A program made the position numbers and the translations under genes. Of a stretch of 64,000 nt of DNA, positions 1-8,920 are shown piece by piece; positions within the stretch are counted from its first letter, which is position 1, and each line of letters opens with the position of its first letter. A model generated the notes under the pieces. It saw only the letters and a list, made by a program, of their open reading frames with translations. It did no database searches and was not told the DNA's origin. Origin of the DNA: Syntrophomonadaceae bacterium (GTDB lineage: Bacteria > Bacillota > Syntrophomonadia > Syntrophomonadales > Syntrophomonadaceae); the NCBI GenBank assembly GCA_050949885.1, contig JBMNGO010000007.1:103549-167548 (forward strand), given 5' to 3'.

Positions 1-130
1 CGACATTTAACAACAATTATCAAAATTTTGTGATATATTTAGAATATATAATTCAATAATGAATTAGAAATACTTTTGGGCGTGGTTCTATCTGCTAATT
101 GGCATTGGTATTAGAAAGGAGTAGGTCACT

Positions 131-1630
131 GTGAATAATCAAGGGCCTGAAAAAAGAATGACTGCTAATACGCTAACGGATCAGGATTCAAGTGATATTT
201 TGCTTACTCAACAGTTAGCCCAGGCTCAGAAGCTGATTAAGGAATTGGAAACTATTATCGATTTAGCTTCAGTTGGAATCTGGGTAACCGATAGGACAGG
301 GGTAACCATTATAGCCAATCAGGCTGCCTGTAGGATCAAAGGAGTAACCAAAGAACAGGTTATTGGCAAGAACATATTTCAACTGGTTACAGAAGGGGTA
401 ATTAATCATTCAGCCACAACAGAAGTCTTGAAAAGAAAATGCCCGGTCAGTATTTTGACCAATGTTTGCAACGGTAGGCGGATCCTGGTGGAGAGCGTTC
501 CAATATTTGATGAAGAAGATAATATATCCAGCGTTGTAAGCAACTGCATTGATGTTACTGAGCTCAATTTTCTTAAAGAACAGCTGGAGCATCACATAAG
601 GATAAATTCCCGCTATCAGAACGTGATAGAAAATTTGCAGATGCAGCAAGGAGATTATAACATTGTCTCCCGCAGCCCGCAAATGAGAAATATACTGGAA
701 TTGGCCTTACGGGTGGCAAAAACTGATTCAACCGTGCTGGTTACCGGTGAATCGGGGGTAGGGAAAGAAGTGATTGCCAAGTTATTACATTATAATAGCA
801 ATAGAAAGAAAGAGCCATTTATTAAGATAAACTGTTCAGCTATTCCAGAAGCCCTTTTTGAGTCTGAACTGTTTGGATATGAAGGAGGTTCATTTACCGG
901 GGCCAAAAAAGAGGGCAAAATGGGCCTGGCGGAAATGGCTAACGGGGGGACTCTTTTCCTGGATGAGATAGGTGATATGCCTTTGAACTTGCAACCTAAG
1001 CTCCTGGAGTTTTTGCAGGATCAAACCTTTTTGCGCGTTGGGGGGAATAAGTCCATCCAGGTGAATACAAGAGTAATTGCTGCCACCAACCGTGATTTGG
1101 TTAAACTTATTGAGGAAAAGCAATTTCGGGAGGATCTATATTACCGTTTGAATGTGATACCAATTAGAATTCCTCCGTTGCGGGAAAGGCCGGAGGATAT
1201 CTACTTTTTAGCCAGGCATTTTTTAAAAGAGTTTAATAATAAATACTCCCAAAATCATTTTTTGAACCAGGATGCCATAGATATTCTGGAAGGATATGCA
1301 TGGCCAGGTAATGTAAGAGAACTGGAAAACCTGATCGAAAGGCTGGTCCTAATTACCGAAGAAGAAGTTATTAGACGGGAACACTTGCCAGCCCAGTTGA
1401 CAGGAAGACAGGGCTGTATATGCAATGTATCGGTAAACGGCTTAATGCCCGTTGAAAAAGCCATAGCAGAGGTTGAAAGACAGTTATTTGTTAAAGCATA
1501 TAAACAATACAAAAACACTTATCGGGTGGCTGAAATTCTAGGGGTCAGCCAGCCCACAGTAGTTCGCAAACTGCACAAGTATGGGGTGGTAAATAACCTG
1601 TTGAATGATGCTAATAATTTTGGCCATTAG
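131..1630 (+). CDS. sigma-54-dependent transcriptional activator (PAS sensor + AAA+ + Fis-type HTH)
   Basis: 499-aa ORF with a GTG start 9 nt after AGGAG. Has Walker [22 protein letters not shown] (GAFTGA-type sigma-54 contact loop) and a C-terminal [19 protein letters not shown]. Confidence 0.9.
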   Translation: MNNQGPEKRMTANTLTDQDSSDILLTQQLAQAQKLIKELETIIDLASVGIWVTDRTGVTIIANQAACRIKGVTKEQVIGKNIFQLVTEGVINHSATTEVLKRKCPVSILTNVCNGRRILVESVPIFDEEDNISSVVSNCIDVTELNFLKEQLEHHIRINSRYQNVIENLQMQQGDYNIVSRSPQMRNILELALRVAKTDSTVLVTGESGVGKEVIAKLLHYNSNRKKEPFIKINCSAIPEALFESELFGYEGGSFTGAKKEGKMGLAEMANGGTLFLDEIGDMPLNLQPKLLEFLQDQTFLRVGGNKSIQVNTRVIAATNRDLVKLIEEKQFREDLYYRLNVIPIRIPPLRERPEDIYFLARHFLKEFNNKYSQNHFLNQDAIDILEGYAWPGNVRELENLIERLVLITEEEVIRREHLPAQLTGRQGCICNVSVNGLMPVEKAIAEVERQLFVKAYKQYKNTYRVAEILGVSQPTVVRKLHKYGVVNNLLNDANNFGH

Positions 1631-1651
1631 CCTATTTTAGGGGATGGTGAA

Positions 1652-2413
1652 ATGACAGAACTGACCGAAGATTATCTTAACCGCTACAGCCGGCAAATAA
1701 TGCTTAATCAGATCGGCCAAGCAGGTCAGAAGAAGCTATTACAATCAAAGGTGCTCATCATAGGCACTGGGGGACTGGGTTCACCGGCAGCTTATTATCT
1801 GGCTGCAGCCGGGGTAGGGGAAATTGGCCTGGTGGACTATGATCGAGTAGATATGTCCAATCTCCAGCGTCAGATCCTGCATAATACAAAGAGGTTAGGC
1901 ATGCTCAAGGTTGAATCAGCAAAAAAAACCCTGACTGATTTAAACCCGAGTATTCGCATCAATACATATCCTATTCAGGTCGATCATGAGAATGTGGAAG
2001 AATTGTTAATTGCTTATGATTTAATCATTGCTGCAGTAGACAACTCTGCCTCTCGCTATCTAATTAATGATAGCTGTGTGCGGCTAAATAAATCGCTGGT
2101 GGTGGCCGGTGCTGCAGGCTTTGAAGGCCTGGTAATGGTGGTTTTGCCTGGGCAAGGGCCTTGTTACCGCTGTGTTTTCCCCGAGCCGCCCTCATTGGGA
2201 ATCAAGAGCCCCAAAGAATTAGGAGTAGTTGGAACGATTCCCGGCATTATTGGCACCATTCAAGCCATGGAAACCATTAAACTGCTGTTGGGAGTGGGAG
2301 AGCCTCTTACTGGCCGCATGCTTATTTTTGATGGATTAGGGATGAGCATTCAGGAAATCAAGGTGTCAAAGAATCCAGCCTGTCCAATATGTGGGGATTC
2401 ACTCCTAAAATAA
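1652..2413 (+). CDS. moeB: ThiF/MoeB/HesA-family E1-like adenylyltransferase
   Basis: N-terminal YSRQI motif, Rossmann GTGGLGSPAAYYLAAAG, and two CxxC pairs (CYRC, CPIC) typical of MoeB/ThiF zinc sites. Confidence 0.8.
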   Translation: MTELTEDYLNRYSRQIMLNQIGQAGQKKLLQSKVLIIGTGGLGSPAAYYLAAAGVGEIGLVDYDRVDMSNLQRQILHNTKRLGMLKVESAKKTLTDLNPSIRINTYPIQVDHENVEELLIAYDLIIAAVDNSASRYLINDSCVRLNKSLVVAGAAGFEGLVMVVLPGQGPCYRCVFPEPPSLGIKSPKELGVVGTIPGIIGTIQAMETIKLLLGVGEPLTGRMLIFDGLGMSIQEIKVSKNPACPICGDSLLK

Positions 2414-2798
2414 CCTTATTCATACCGGTCTATCTAAATTTAAATTGGGGATTATCCATCAGCTTGATAGAACACAGCCTCCAGTAATACTTGGAAAGGT
2501 GATAGGCCAGGGGTGGTTCCTTAGCAACCGGGTATTATTACCAGACCTTAGCATTTGCCTGGGCAAATAATTTTAATTGACAGCATTTCCATCGTTGGGT
2601 TAAACTTTAACTAACTCCATGAGGGAGCAGCAGAATTATTTAGACATAATCGGAATAGGTGAAATATATACTTTAGTAGTATGGTGGGATAGCTTTAGTC
2701 TGACAATTTATTAAATGGTAGGAAGGCGAGTATGGTAGGAATAAGGAGCAGGGTCTTCTTCCTTTACGATTTAAAGGGAGTCTGCCTGTTCTTGATTC

Positions 2799-2820
2799 AA
2801 CTCCTGCGGGAGTTTTTTTA
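2799..2820 (+). terminator. intrinsic-terminator-like hairpin 28 nt upstream of the dctP start (possible attenuator)
   Basis: AACTCC-TGCG-GGAGTT stem-loop followed by TTTTTTTA. It lies about 385 nt downstream of the moeB stop. Confidence 0.5.
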
Positions 2821-2848
2821 TTGCTCATAAATAAAAGGAGGAGAAACA

Positions 2849-3952
2849 GTGAAAGAAACAAAGTGTAGGTGTGGCAGGGTTAAAATGCCACAGGTAGGAC
2901 GGTGGATACCCAGGTCATGTAGGATGGTTTTATCTGTACTATTAATCAGTATTTTGGTGGTTAGTTCATCTGGTTGCTCTGATCAAGGAGGGCAGGACAC
3001 AGTTGAATTAAAACTGGCCCATTTTTTCCCGGCCAATCACCCGGCTGAGAAAGAGCTGATTCAGCCCTGGGCCGCAGCCATCGAAGAGGCTACTCAGGGT
3101 AAAGTGAAGATTATCAGTTACCCCAACCAGACCTTATTATCAGCTGATACTATTTATGAAGGAGTAGTAACCGGCGTTGCTGATATTGGTTTATCATGTT
3201 TTGCTTACACCCGGGGGCGGTTTCCCGTATTAGAGGTATTAGAGCTCCCCGGCATTATTTACGACAATTCCAAAGCTGCCAGCTATGTGGCATGGGAAAC
3301 CATTAGACAAATCAACCCGGCTGAAATTCAGGATACCAAATTAATGATGGTGTTAACTACCGGCTCGGGGGATATTTTCACCAGGGAACCGGTAAGAAAT
3401 CTGGCCGATCTAAAGGGCAAGGAAATAAGAGCAACGGGTTTGAGCGCCAGAACCCTGGAAATCTTAGGAGCTACCCCGGTTGCTATGCCCCAGTCCGATG
3501 CTTATGAATCCCTGTCCAAAGGTGTAGTAAATGGGAATCTAGGGCCGGTGGAAGTCTTAAAGGGCTGGAAACAGGCTGAAGTAACCGATTATCTGACCAA
3601 GACCCCGTTCCTTTACAACACAGTATTCTTCGTAACCATGAATCTGGATAAATGGAATTCACTGGATGCCGAAACCCAGAAGATTTTTGAGGATGCCAAT
3701 AATCAATTTTTTGCCGAAGTAGCGTCCAGTTTATGGGATAAACAGAATGAAGAGGCCTTGGACTGGGCAGTAAAAGAACAAGGGATCGAAGTAATCTCCT
3801 TGTCTCCGGAGGAACAGGACCTGTGGATTGAAAAAGTAAAACCGGTCCAAGAGGAGTATGTGGCCAAAATGAATCAAAGCGGTATTAACGGTCAGGAAAT
3901 CTTAGATACGGTAAAAAAATTGGCAACCGAATTTAACCAGCAGTTTCAATAG
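2849..3952 (+). CDS. dctP: TRAP transporter substrate-binding protein (DctP family), lipoprotein
   Basis: GTG start after AAGGAGGAG. Lipobox-like VVSSSGC. DctP-like sequence, followed by Q and M subunit genes. Confidence 0.85.
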   Translation: MKETKCRCGRVKMPQVGRWIPRSCRMVLSVLLISILVVSSSGCSDQGGQDTVELKLAHFFPANHPAEKELIQPWAAAIEEATQGKVKIISYPNQTLLSADTIYEGVVTGVADIGLSCFAYTRGRFPVLEVLELPGIIYDNSKAASYVAWETIRQINPAEIQDTKLMMVLTTGSGDIFTREPVRNLADLKGKEIRATGLSARTLEILGATPVAMPQSDAYESLSKGVVNGNLGPVEVLKGWKQAEVTDYLTKTPFLYNTVFFVTMNLDKWNSLDAETQKIFEDANNQFFAEVASSLWDKQNEEALDWAVKEQGIEVISLSPEEQDLWIEKVKPVQEEYVAKMNQSGINGQEILDTVKKLATEFNQQFQ

Positions 3953-3963
3953 GAGGAGCTATC

Positions 3964-4500
3964 ATGCAACAGTTTGAATCAAACGTACAAAAAATATGCC
4001 GCATCTTAGACAGAGTAGCTGGAATATGCATTTTTCTTACCATGCTCCTGGTAGTTGCCAATATTCTTCTGCGGGAGTGCTTTAACCGGCCTATTGTAGG
4101 AGCCTATGAGATGGTTTGCATGCTGACTGCTGCGGCCATTGGCCTGGCGGTAGCCCACTGTGCATTACAGGAAGGGCATATAGCAGTAGATTACCTGGTT
4201 AATATGCTGTCCGACGCCCAAAGGCGTTTGATTGCCGTTATAACCAACTTCTTAGGTTTTACTTTTTGGGCATTGGTCACCTTTTGTTTATTGCGCTATG
4301 GCATCAGCATGATTAATAACGGGATGGTTTCAGCGACTATGCAAATTCCCCTGGCGCCTTTCGTGTTCTTAATTGCCCTGGGTTTTCTGGTTCTCTGCCT
4401 GGTCCTATTCAGTAAAATGGGAGCCCTGATAGTGATTAAAGAAAAAAGTCTGGGTTGGGCACCTGATAAAATTAAGGCCTGGGCGAGGAGTGCACAATGA
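3964..4500 (+). CDS. dctQ: TRAP transporter small permease (DctQ family)
   Basis: 178 aa with about 4 TM segments. Located between the DctP and DctM genes. Its stop overlaps the next start (ATGA). Confidence 0.85.
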   Translation: MQQFESNVQKICRILDRVAGICIFLTMLLVVANILLRECFNRPIVGAYEMVCMLTAAAIGLAVAHCALQEGHIAVDYLVNMLSDAQRRLIAVITNFLGFTFWALVTFCLLRYGISMINNGMVSATMQIPLAPFVFLIALGFLVLCLVLFSKMGALIVIKEKSLGWAPDKIKAWARSAQ

Positions 4501-5807
4501 GTCCTTTAGCCGTAGGTGTGATTGGAATTATAGCTTTTTTCGGCCTACTGTTGGCTAGGATGCCCATTGCTTATGCTATGGCTCTGGTGGGTTTTGCGGG
4601 GTTCAGCTTTTTGACCTCCTTTTCTGCCGGATTAAGCATGGTAGCTGGTGAAATCTACTCAACTTTTTCTTCATATTCTTTGAGTGTTATAGCTATGTTT
4701 GTGTGGATGGGGTTTCTGGCCTACCAATCAGGGATCGGCTCCCGGATGTATGTTTTGGCTTACAAGCTTATCGGCCATTGGCCTGGCGGGCTGGCTATAG
4801 CCACCCAGGTAGCTTGTGCGGTTTTTGGGGCTATATGCGGGTCCAATACTGCCACAGCAGCAACTATGGGAGCTATCGCCATGCCGGAAATGAAAAAATA
4901 CCATTATGACGACTCCCTGGCCTCCGCCAGTGTGGCCGCCGGAGGGGTCCTGGGAGTATTGATTCCTCCCAGCGTAATTTTTATTGTTTACGGTATTGCC
5001 ACTGAACAATCGGTGGGTAAGCTATTTCTGGCAGGCATCTTACCCGGCCTGCTTCTAATGATGCTATATATTGCTGTAATAATTTTTCTGACCTTAAAGA
5101 GCAGGCAATTGGGGCCGGCCGGACCTCGGGCCACCTGGGGTGAACGTATTAGGGCTCTGAAAGGCGGTCTTTTAGAAGCCCTGGCAGTATTTGCCCTGTC
5201 AATGGGCGGGCTGTTTAAGGGATGGTTTACCCCTACCGAAGCAGGTGCAGTTGGAGCGGCTGGTGTAATGGCAGTTGCCTTAGTGAGCAGAAGCCTGAAA
5301 TGGGAAGGTATTAAGAATTCTCTAATAGATACAACGAAAACGACTGCCATGATTATGCTGATAGTGGCGGGAGCTATGATTTTCGGACGTTTTATAGCTA
5401 TTAGCCGGATTCCTTTTGAACTGGCCACCTGGGCCGGGCAAATTCCACTGCCTCCCAGTGCTGCAGTAGGTTTGATCCTGCTTATCTGTCTGATACTGGG
5501 ATGCTTTATTGATGCCCTGGCCTTGGTGTTGTTAACGGTTCCCATATTCTATCCGGTGGTGGTTGATACTTTAGGATATGATCCCATTTGGTTCGGTGTA
5601 ATAGTGGTGCTGGTAGTTGCCATGGGAGTAATTACCCCCCCGGTGGGCATGAACGTTTTTGTTATAAAAGGAGTGGTTCCCGATATACCATTAGAAGTAA
5701 TTTATAAGGGCATCTGGCCCTTTCTCCTGGTCATAATGATTGCTATAGGCATACTGATGGTATTTCCCGGTATAGCCACCTTTTTACCCGCTCTCTTGAT
5801 GCCTTGA
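4497..5807 (+). CDS. dctM: TRAP transporter large permease (DctM family)
   Basis: 436-aa polytopic membrane protein, translationally coupled to dctQ. Confidence 0.9.
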   Translation: MSPLAVGVIGIIAFFGLLLARMPIAYAMALVGFAGFSFLTSFSAGLSMVAGEIYSTFSSYSLSVIAMFVWMGFLAYQSGIGSRMYVLAYKLIGHWPGGLAIATQVACAVFGAICGSNTATAATMGAIAMPEMKKYHYDDSLASASVAAGGVLGVLIPPSVIFIVYGIATEQSVGKLFLAGILPGLLLMMLYIAVIIFLTLKSRQLGPAGPRATWGERIRALKGGLLEALAVFALSMGGLFKGWFTPTEAGAVGAAGVMAVALVSRSLKWEGIKNSLIDTTKTTAMIMLIVAGAMIFGRFIAISRIPFELATWAGQIPLPPSAAVGLILLICLILGCFIDALALVLLTVPIFYPVVVDTLGYDPIWFGVIVVLVVAMGVITPPVGMNVFVIKGVVPDIPLEVIYKGIWPFLLVIMIAIGILMVFPGIATFLPALLMP

Positions 5808-5810
5808 CGC

Positions 5811-6002
5811 TGTTACAGGGGTACGTCAAGCTGTATAAAAACTATTTCCCCAAATGTTTTCGTCCCACTTAGGGTTTTTCATTGGTGTGTTTAGGGATTA
5901 GCCTTAAAAAACCCTCTGTTTTTTTATAGTATCTCTCTACTTAAGTAAATTGGCTTCATAATTTTTTGACTTTTCATACAGTCTGACGTTCTTACTGTAA
6001 CA
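5811..6002. mobile_element. MITE-like non-autonomous element, copy A (192 bp, imperfect terminal inverted repeats)
   Basis: Left end is TGTTACAGGGGTACGTCAAGC. The reverse complement of the right end is TGTTACAGTAAGAACGTCAGAC. The interior is roughly 80% identical by eye to 63325..63513. It starts 3 nt after the dctM stop. Confidence 0.7.
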
Positions 6003-6088
6003 CTGGTGTTAAATTTAGAACGTCCCCCTGGACGCAAGTGGGCACGGTTCTTGACTTGCATGATAACCTGACTAAGCATCTTAAAAGG

Positions 6089-6113
6089 CCCGGCTTGATC
6101 CCGGGGTTTTTTA
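6089..6113 (+). terminator. probable intrinsic terminator of the TRAP operon (displaced by the MITE-like insertion)
   Basis: CCCGG-CTTGATC-CCGGG hairpin followed by GTTTTTTATTT. Confidence 0.5.
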
Positions 6114-6281
6114 TTTGCGTGCAAAACAGTAAAAATAAAGACAATTATTAGCCAAATATCTTATTATATAAAAATGGACCTAATTAAACATAAATTAACG
6201 TAAGAGAAAAGTAACGTTCGGGAGGAATGACTTATTATTGCGGCGATAAAAAGGGGAGCAAGCAAAGGCCTCAATGTTACT

Positions 6282-6650
6282 ATGGAAATTGGGGTAAAGG
6301 TTGTTCTGCCGGTTTACATAATAATGACCCTTTTCAGTCATACTTCAGGTTTTGAAGCGGTTTCCCGTTTTATGACCCCGGTTATGGGTTTTGTAGGCCT
6401 TCCGGGAGAGGCTGCCCTGCCCCTTTCCCTGGCGACTTTGGTAAATGTTTATGCAGGTATCGGAGCTATACTTCCTCTGGGATTCAATACCAAGGAACTG
6501 ACAATTGTAGCTGCCATGGTATTGTTTGCTCATGAACTTCCCATAGAAACGGCAATTAATAAAAAGACGGGGAGCCCCGTACTATGGCTGGTAGCTGTCA
6601 GGGTGTTTTTCGCCTTGGCAGCAGGTTGGCTGATAAATATGGTAATGTAG
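6282..6650 (+). CDS. nucleoside-recognition (Gate) domain membrane protein, part 1
   Basis: 122-aa hydrophobic ORF. Family-like sequence (IAAIKRGASKGLNVT) continues in frame upstream of the ATG to a GGAGG, so the true start may be a non-canonical codon near 6234. Confidence 0.7.
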   Translation: MEIGVKVVLPVYIIMTLFSHTSGFEAVSRFMTPVMGFVGLPGEAALPLSLATLVNVYAGIGAILPLGFNTKELTIVAAMVLFAHELPIETAINKKTGSPVLWLVAVRVFFALAAGWLINMVM

Positions 6651-6658
6651 GAGGACCC

Positions 6659-7153
6659 ATGATAAGTTTGCTTTTGGATACCCTTAAAAACAGCTTAATC
6701 CTTTTAGCTGAGCTGGCTGTAATATTTATTCTGATAATGGTTTTGCTGGAGGTACTGAAGCATCTGAACATAATCTCCCGGGTAACCAGTTTGTTAACCC
6801 CCTTTTCCCGGTTTTTAGGCATATCTTCTGAAGCCAACCTTCCCTTGCTAACCGGGAGCGTTTTTGGTATTAGTTACTCAGGAGCCATAATAATTGACTC
6901 AGCCACCAGTGGAAAAATGTCATGGGAAGATATTTATATAATCAACCTATTCCTGGTAGTGTGCCATGGCTTGGTAGAAGATACTCTGGTTTGGGCAGCC
7001 ATTGGTGCTCAGGTTATTCCCATACAGCTGGCCAGGATAGCTGTAGCTATACTTCTCTGCTACTTTGGTTCCAGAGCTCTTAAAAGAATTTCCAGGCCTG
7101 AAGGGGATATGGCACAAATGCTGCCGAATAATTCATATAAGTTAAAAGAGTAG
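6659..7153 (+). CDS. nucleoside-recognition (Gate) domain membrane protein, part 2
   Basis: ATG at 6659 preceded by GTAGGAGGA. The longer 6584 start overlaps the upstream gene and has no RBS. Hydrophobic protein, paired with the preceding gene. Confidence 0.7.
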   Translation: MISLLLDTLKNSLILLAELAVIFILIMVLLEVLKHLNIISRVTSLLTPFSRFLGISSEANLPLLTGSVFGISYSGAIIIDSATSGKMSWEDIYIINLFLVVCHGLVEDTLVWAAIGAQVIPIQLARIAVAILLCYFGSRALKRISRPEGDMAQMLPNNSYKLKE

Positions 7154-7273
7154 AAAAACGCTAACAGAGAACAGGTACATAATGATGGTGGTACAGCTTA
7201 CCAAGAAAAATGTCCTTGCCAATTCTCTGGCTGAAAAGTTTTCGAACATAATTAAACCCCCTTATGCTAACTG

Positions 7274-7318
7274 CGAACATTTGTTCTACCAATATTTTAT
7301 AAAGGGAACATATGTTTG
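7274..7318 (+). promoter_or_regulatory. two tandem LexA (Cheo) boxes
   Basis: CGAACATTTGTTCT (7274..7287) and GGAACATATGTTTG (7305..7318), compared with the Gram-positive consensus CGAACRNRYGTTYC. An additional half-site CGAACATAATTAAA lies at 7243. Confidence 0.55.
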
Positions 7319-7409
7319 TCAACAATTTATAATTATTCCGCTAGTATTATGGAAAACATAGAAATGGTCAGGCCGGTTTTAATACTTACACCGTGATAGG
7401 GAGCACAAA

Positions 7410-8183
7410 ATGAATTCATTCCTGATAGTATTAATAGGTGCAGTCACCGGAGTAATAAGCGCCGTGTTGGGAGTAGGGGGAGCAGTTATAATGCTTCCGG
7501 CTACCCAGTATTTGATGGGGTTAGATCTGGTGATGTCTATTGGCACTACCCTTTTTGCTGTTATCTTTACTTCCATCTCGGGTGCTTTAGGACATTTGCG
7601 CAGAGGAAATATTAAACCCAGGATGGCGGCCTTACTGGGAACCGGAGGGATAACCGGTGTTCTCCTGGGTTCCTATGTCTTTAAGGAATATTTTAGTAAA
7701 CATGTCTTTTTGTTGGAATTGCTGCTGGGAACCCTATTTTTTTTCATGGCCCTGCGTATGGGGAAGGAATCAGTGAGTGCCTGGAAAACCAGAAATAATA
7801 AAAATAATGACCTGCCTGCCAGTAAAAAAATGCCTGATTATATGGCAATTGGTGTTGGGTTGTTAACTGGTACCATAACAGGTATTCTGGGACTGGGGGG
7901 CGGGTTTTTGATGGTACCGGCGCTTATCTGGTTTTTTGCTGTTGCTCCCTATGAAGCGGTGGGAACTACCTTGCTGGCCATGGTGCCTATTGCTCTTTTT
8001 GGAGGTTTGGCTAAAGTATACCATGGCTATGTGGATTTAACGGTTGGAGTTTTACTGGGCTTGGGAGCTATTGGCGGGACCCAGCTGGGGGCTTACATCA
8101 GCACCCGCATTAAACCGTATGTATTTAAATTGTTTTTCACTGTAATTTTTAGTTATCTAACCATAAACTATCTCCTATTATGA
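7410..8183 (+). CDS. sulfite exporter TauE/SafE-family membrane protein
   Basis: 257 aa with about 8 TM segments and an internal duplication carrying G-rich motifs (LGVGGAVIMLPA / LGLGGGFLMVPA). RBS AGGGAG. Confidence 0.8.
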   Translation: MNSFLIVLIGAVTGVISAVLGVGGAVIMLPATQYLMGLDLVMSIGTTLFAVIFTSISGALGHLRRGNIKPRMAALLGTGGITGVLLGSYVFKEYFSKHVFLLELLLGTLFFFMALRMGKESVSAWKTRNNKNNDLPASKKMPDYMAIGVGLLTGTITGILGLGGGFLMVPALIWFFAVAPYEAVGTTLLAMVPIALFGGLAKVYHGYVDLTVGVLLGLGAIGGTQLGAYISTRIKPYVFKLFFTVIFSYLTINYLLL

Positions 8184-8221
8184 CCAGTGATCAGGAGGAG
8201 TAAGTTTCTTCGCCCTTCGTA

Positions 8222-8920
8222 ATGAAATTGGGCACAAAAATTGGAGGTGAGCAATTGATACCTTTAAGAGATAGTCAACCCAGTGAGCATTATCCGATAA
8301 TCACCGTTTCCCTGATTATTATTAATTTTGTTGTTTTCCTGATGGAAGTCTCCATGGGCGTGGAAGGGATGCAGGAACTAGCCTATTATTTTGGGATGGT
8401 GCCTGCTTATCAGAGTGTTCCAGGGCATACGGCGGGCCATATCACTTTTATTACTTCCACATTTCTACATGGAAGCTGGATGCATTTGATTGGGAATATG
8501 TGGGTATTATGGCTTTTCGGAGATAATGTTGAAGATAGAATGGGAAAACTACGTTTTTTGGCCTTTTACCTAATAGGAGGAGTTGCGGCTGGTCTAACCC
8601 ATTATTATATTAACCCTGATTCAACCACACCGGTGGTGGGGGCATCGGGAGCTGTGGCTGGTGTAATGGGCGCATATTTCTTGATGTTCAGACATGCCAA
8701 AGTTTTGACTTTTGTGCCGCCGTTTTTTATATTGAATTTCCCCGCCTGGATTTATCTGGGATTATGGGCTTTATCACAGTTCTGGTGCGGTACTATTGGG
8801 CTTATTGAATCAAACGCCTGCGGCCCCATTGCATTCTGGGCGCATATTGGCGGGTTTCTTACTGGTATGGTTATCTACCGCTTTTTCTTAACCCGCCGTG
8901 AGCATTATCCTTTATACTAG
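8222..8920 (+). CDS. rhomboid-family intramembrane serine protease
   Basis: HxxxN region (WMHLIGNMWVLWLFG), catalytic GASGAVAG motif and a downstream AHIGGF histidine. Confidence 0.85.
   Translation: MKLGTKIGGEQLIPLRDSQPSEHYPIITVSLIIINFVVFLMEVSMGVEGMQELAYYFGMVPAYQSVPGHTAGHITFITSTFLHGSWMHLIGNMWVLWLFGDNVEDRMGKLRFLAFYLIGGVAAGLTHYYINPDSTTPVVGASGAVAGVMGAYFLMFRHAKVLTFVPPFFILNFPAWIYLGLWALSQFWCGTIGLIESNACGPIAFWAHIGGFLTGMVIYRFFLTRREHYPLY

Noticed and set aside
2414-2848. Sigma-54 (-24/-12) promoter expected for the TRAP operon, given the adjacent enhancer-binding protein.
   Set aside because: The best candidate (GGGTGGTTCCTTAGCA, around 2510) has correct GG-N10-GC spacing but poor matches to TGGCAC and TTGCA. 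No site was called.
4703-5545. Internal and antisense ORFs within dctM (4703..4909 +, 4728..5009 -, 4988..5545 -). Similar antisense ORFs lie inside dnaE, pyk, pfkA, polA, the flavodiiron gene and others.
   Set aside because: All lie wholly inside long ORFs with strong family motifs on the other frame or strand. They lack RBSs and have biased, low-complexity translations.
5924-6124. The 66-aa minus-strand ORF inside MITE copy A, and the analogous 78-aa ORF 63406..63642 through copy B.
   Set aside because: The two copies do not preserve a common reading frame or start. Both ORFs run across the element boundaries. They are more parsimoniously non-coding.
7182-7361. 59-codon + strand ORF in the gap containing the LexA boxes, considered as a small SOS-induced gene.
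   Set aside because: It has no Shine-Dalgarno sequence, and the operator-like boxes would lie inside the coding sequence rather than at a promoter. No family resemblance. It is kept only as a remark under the LexA-box finding.
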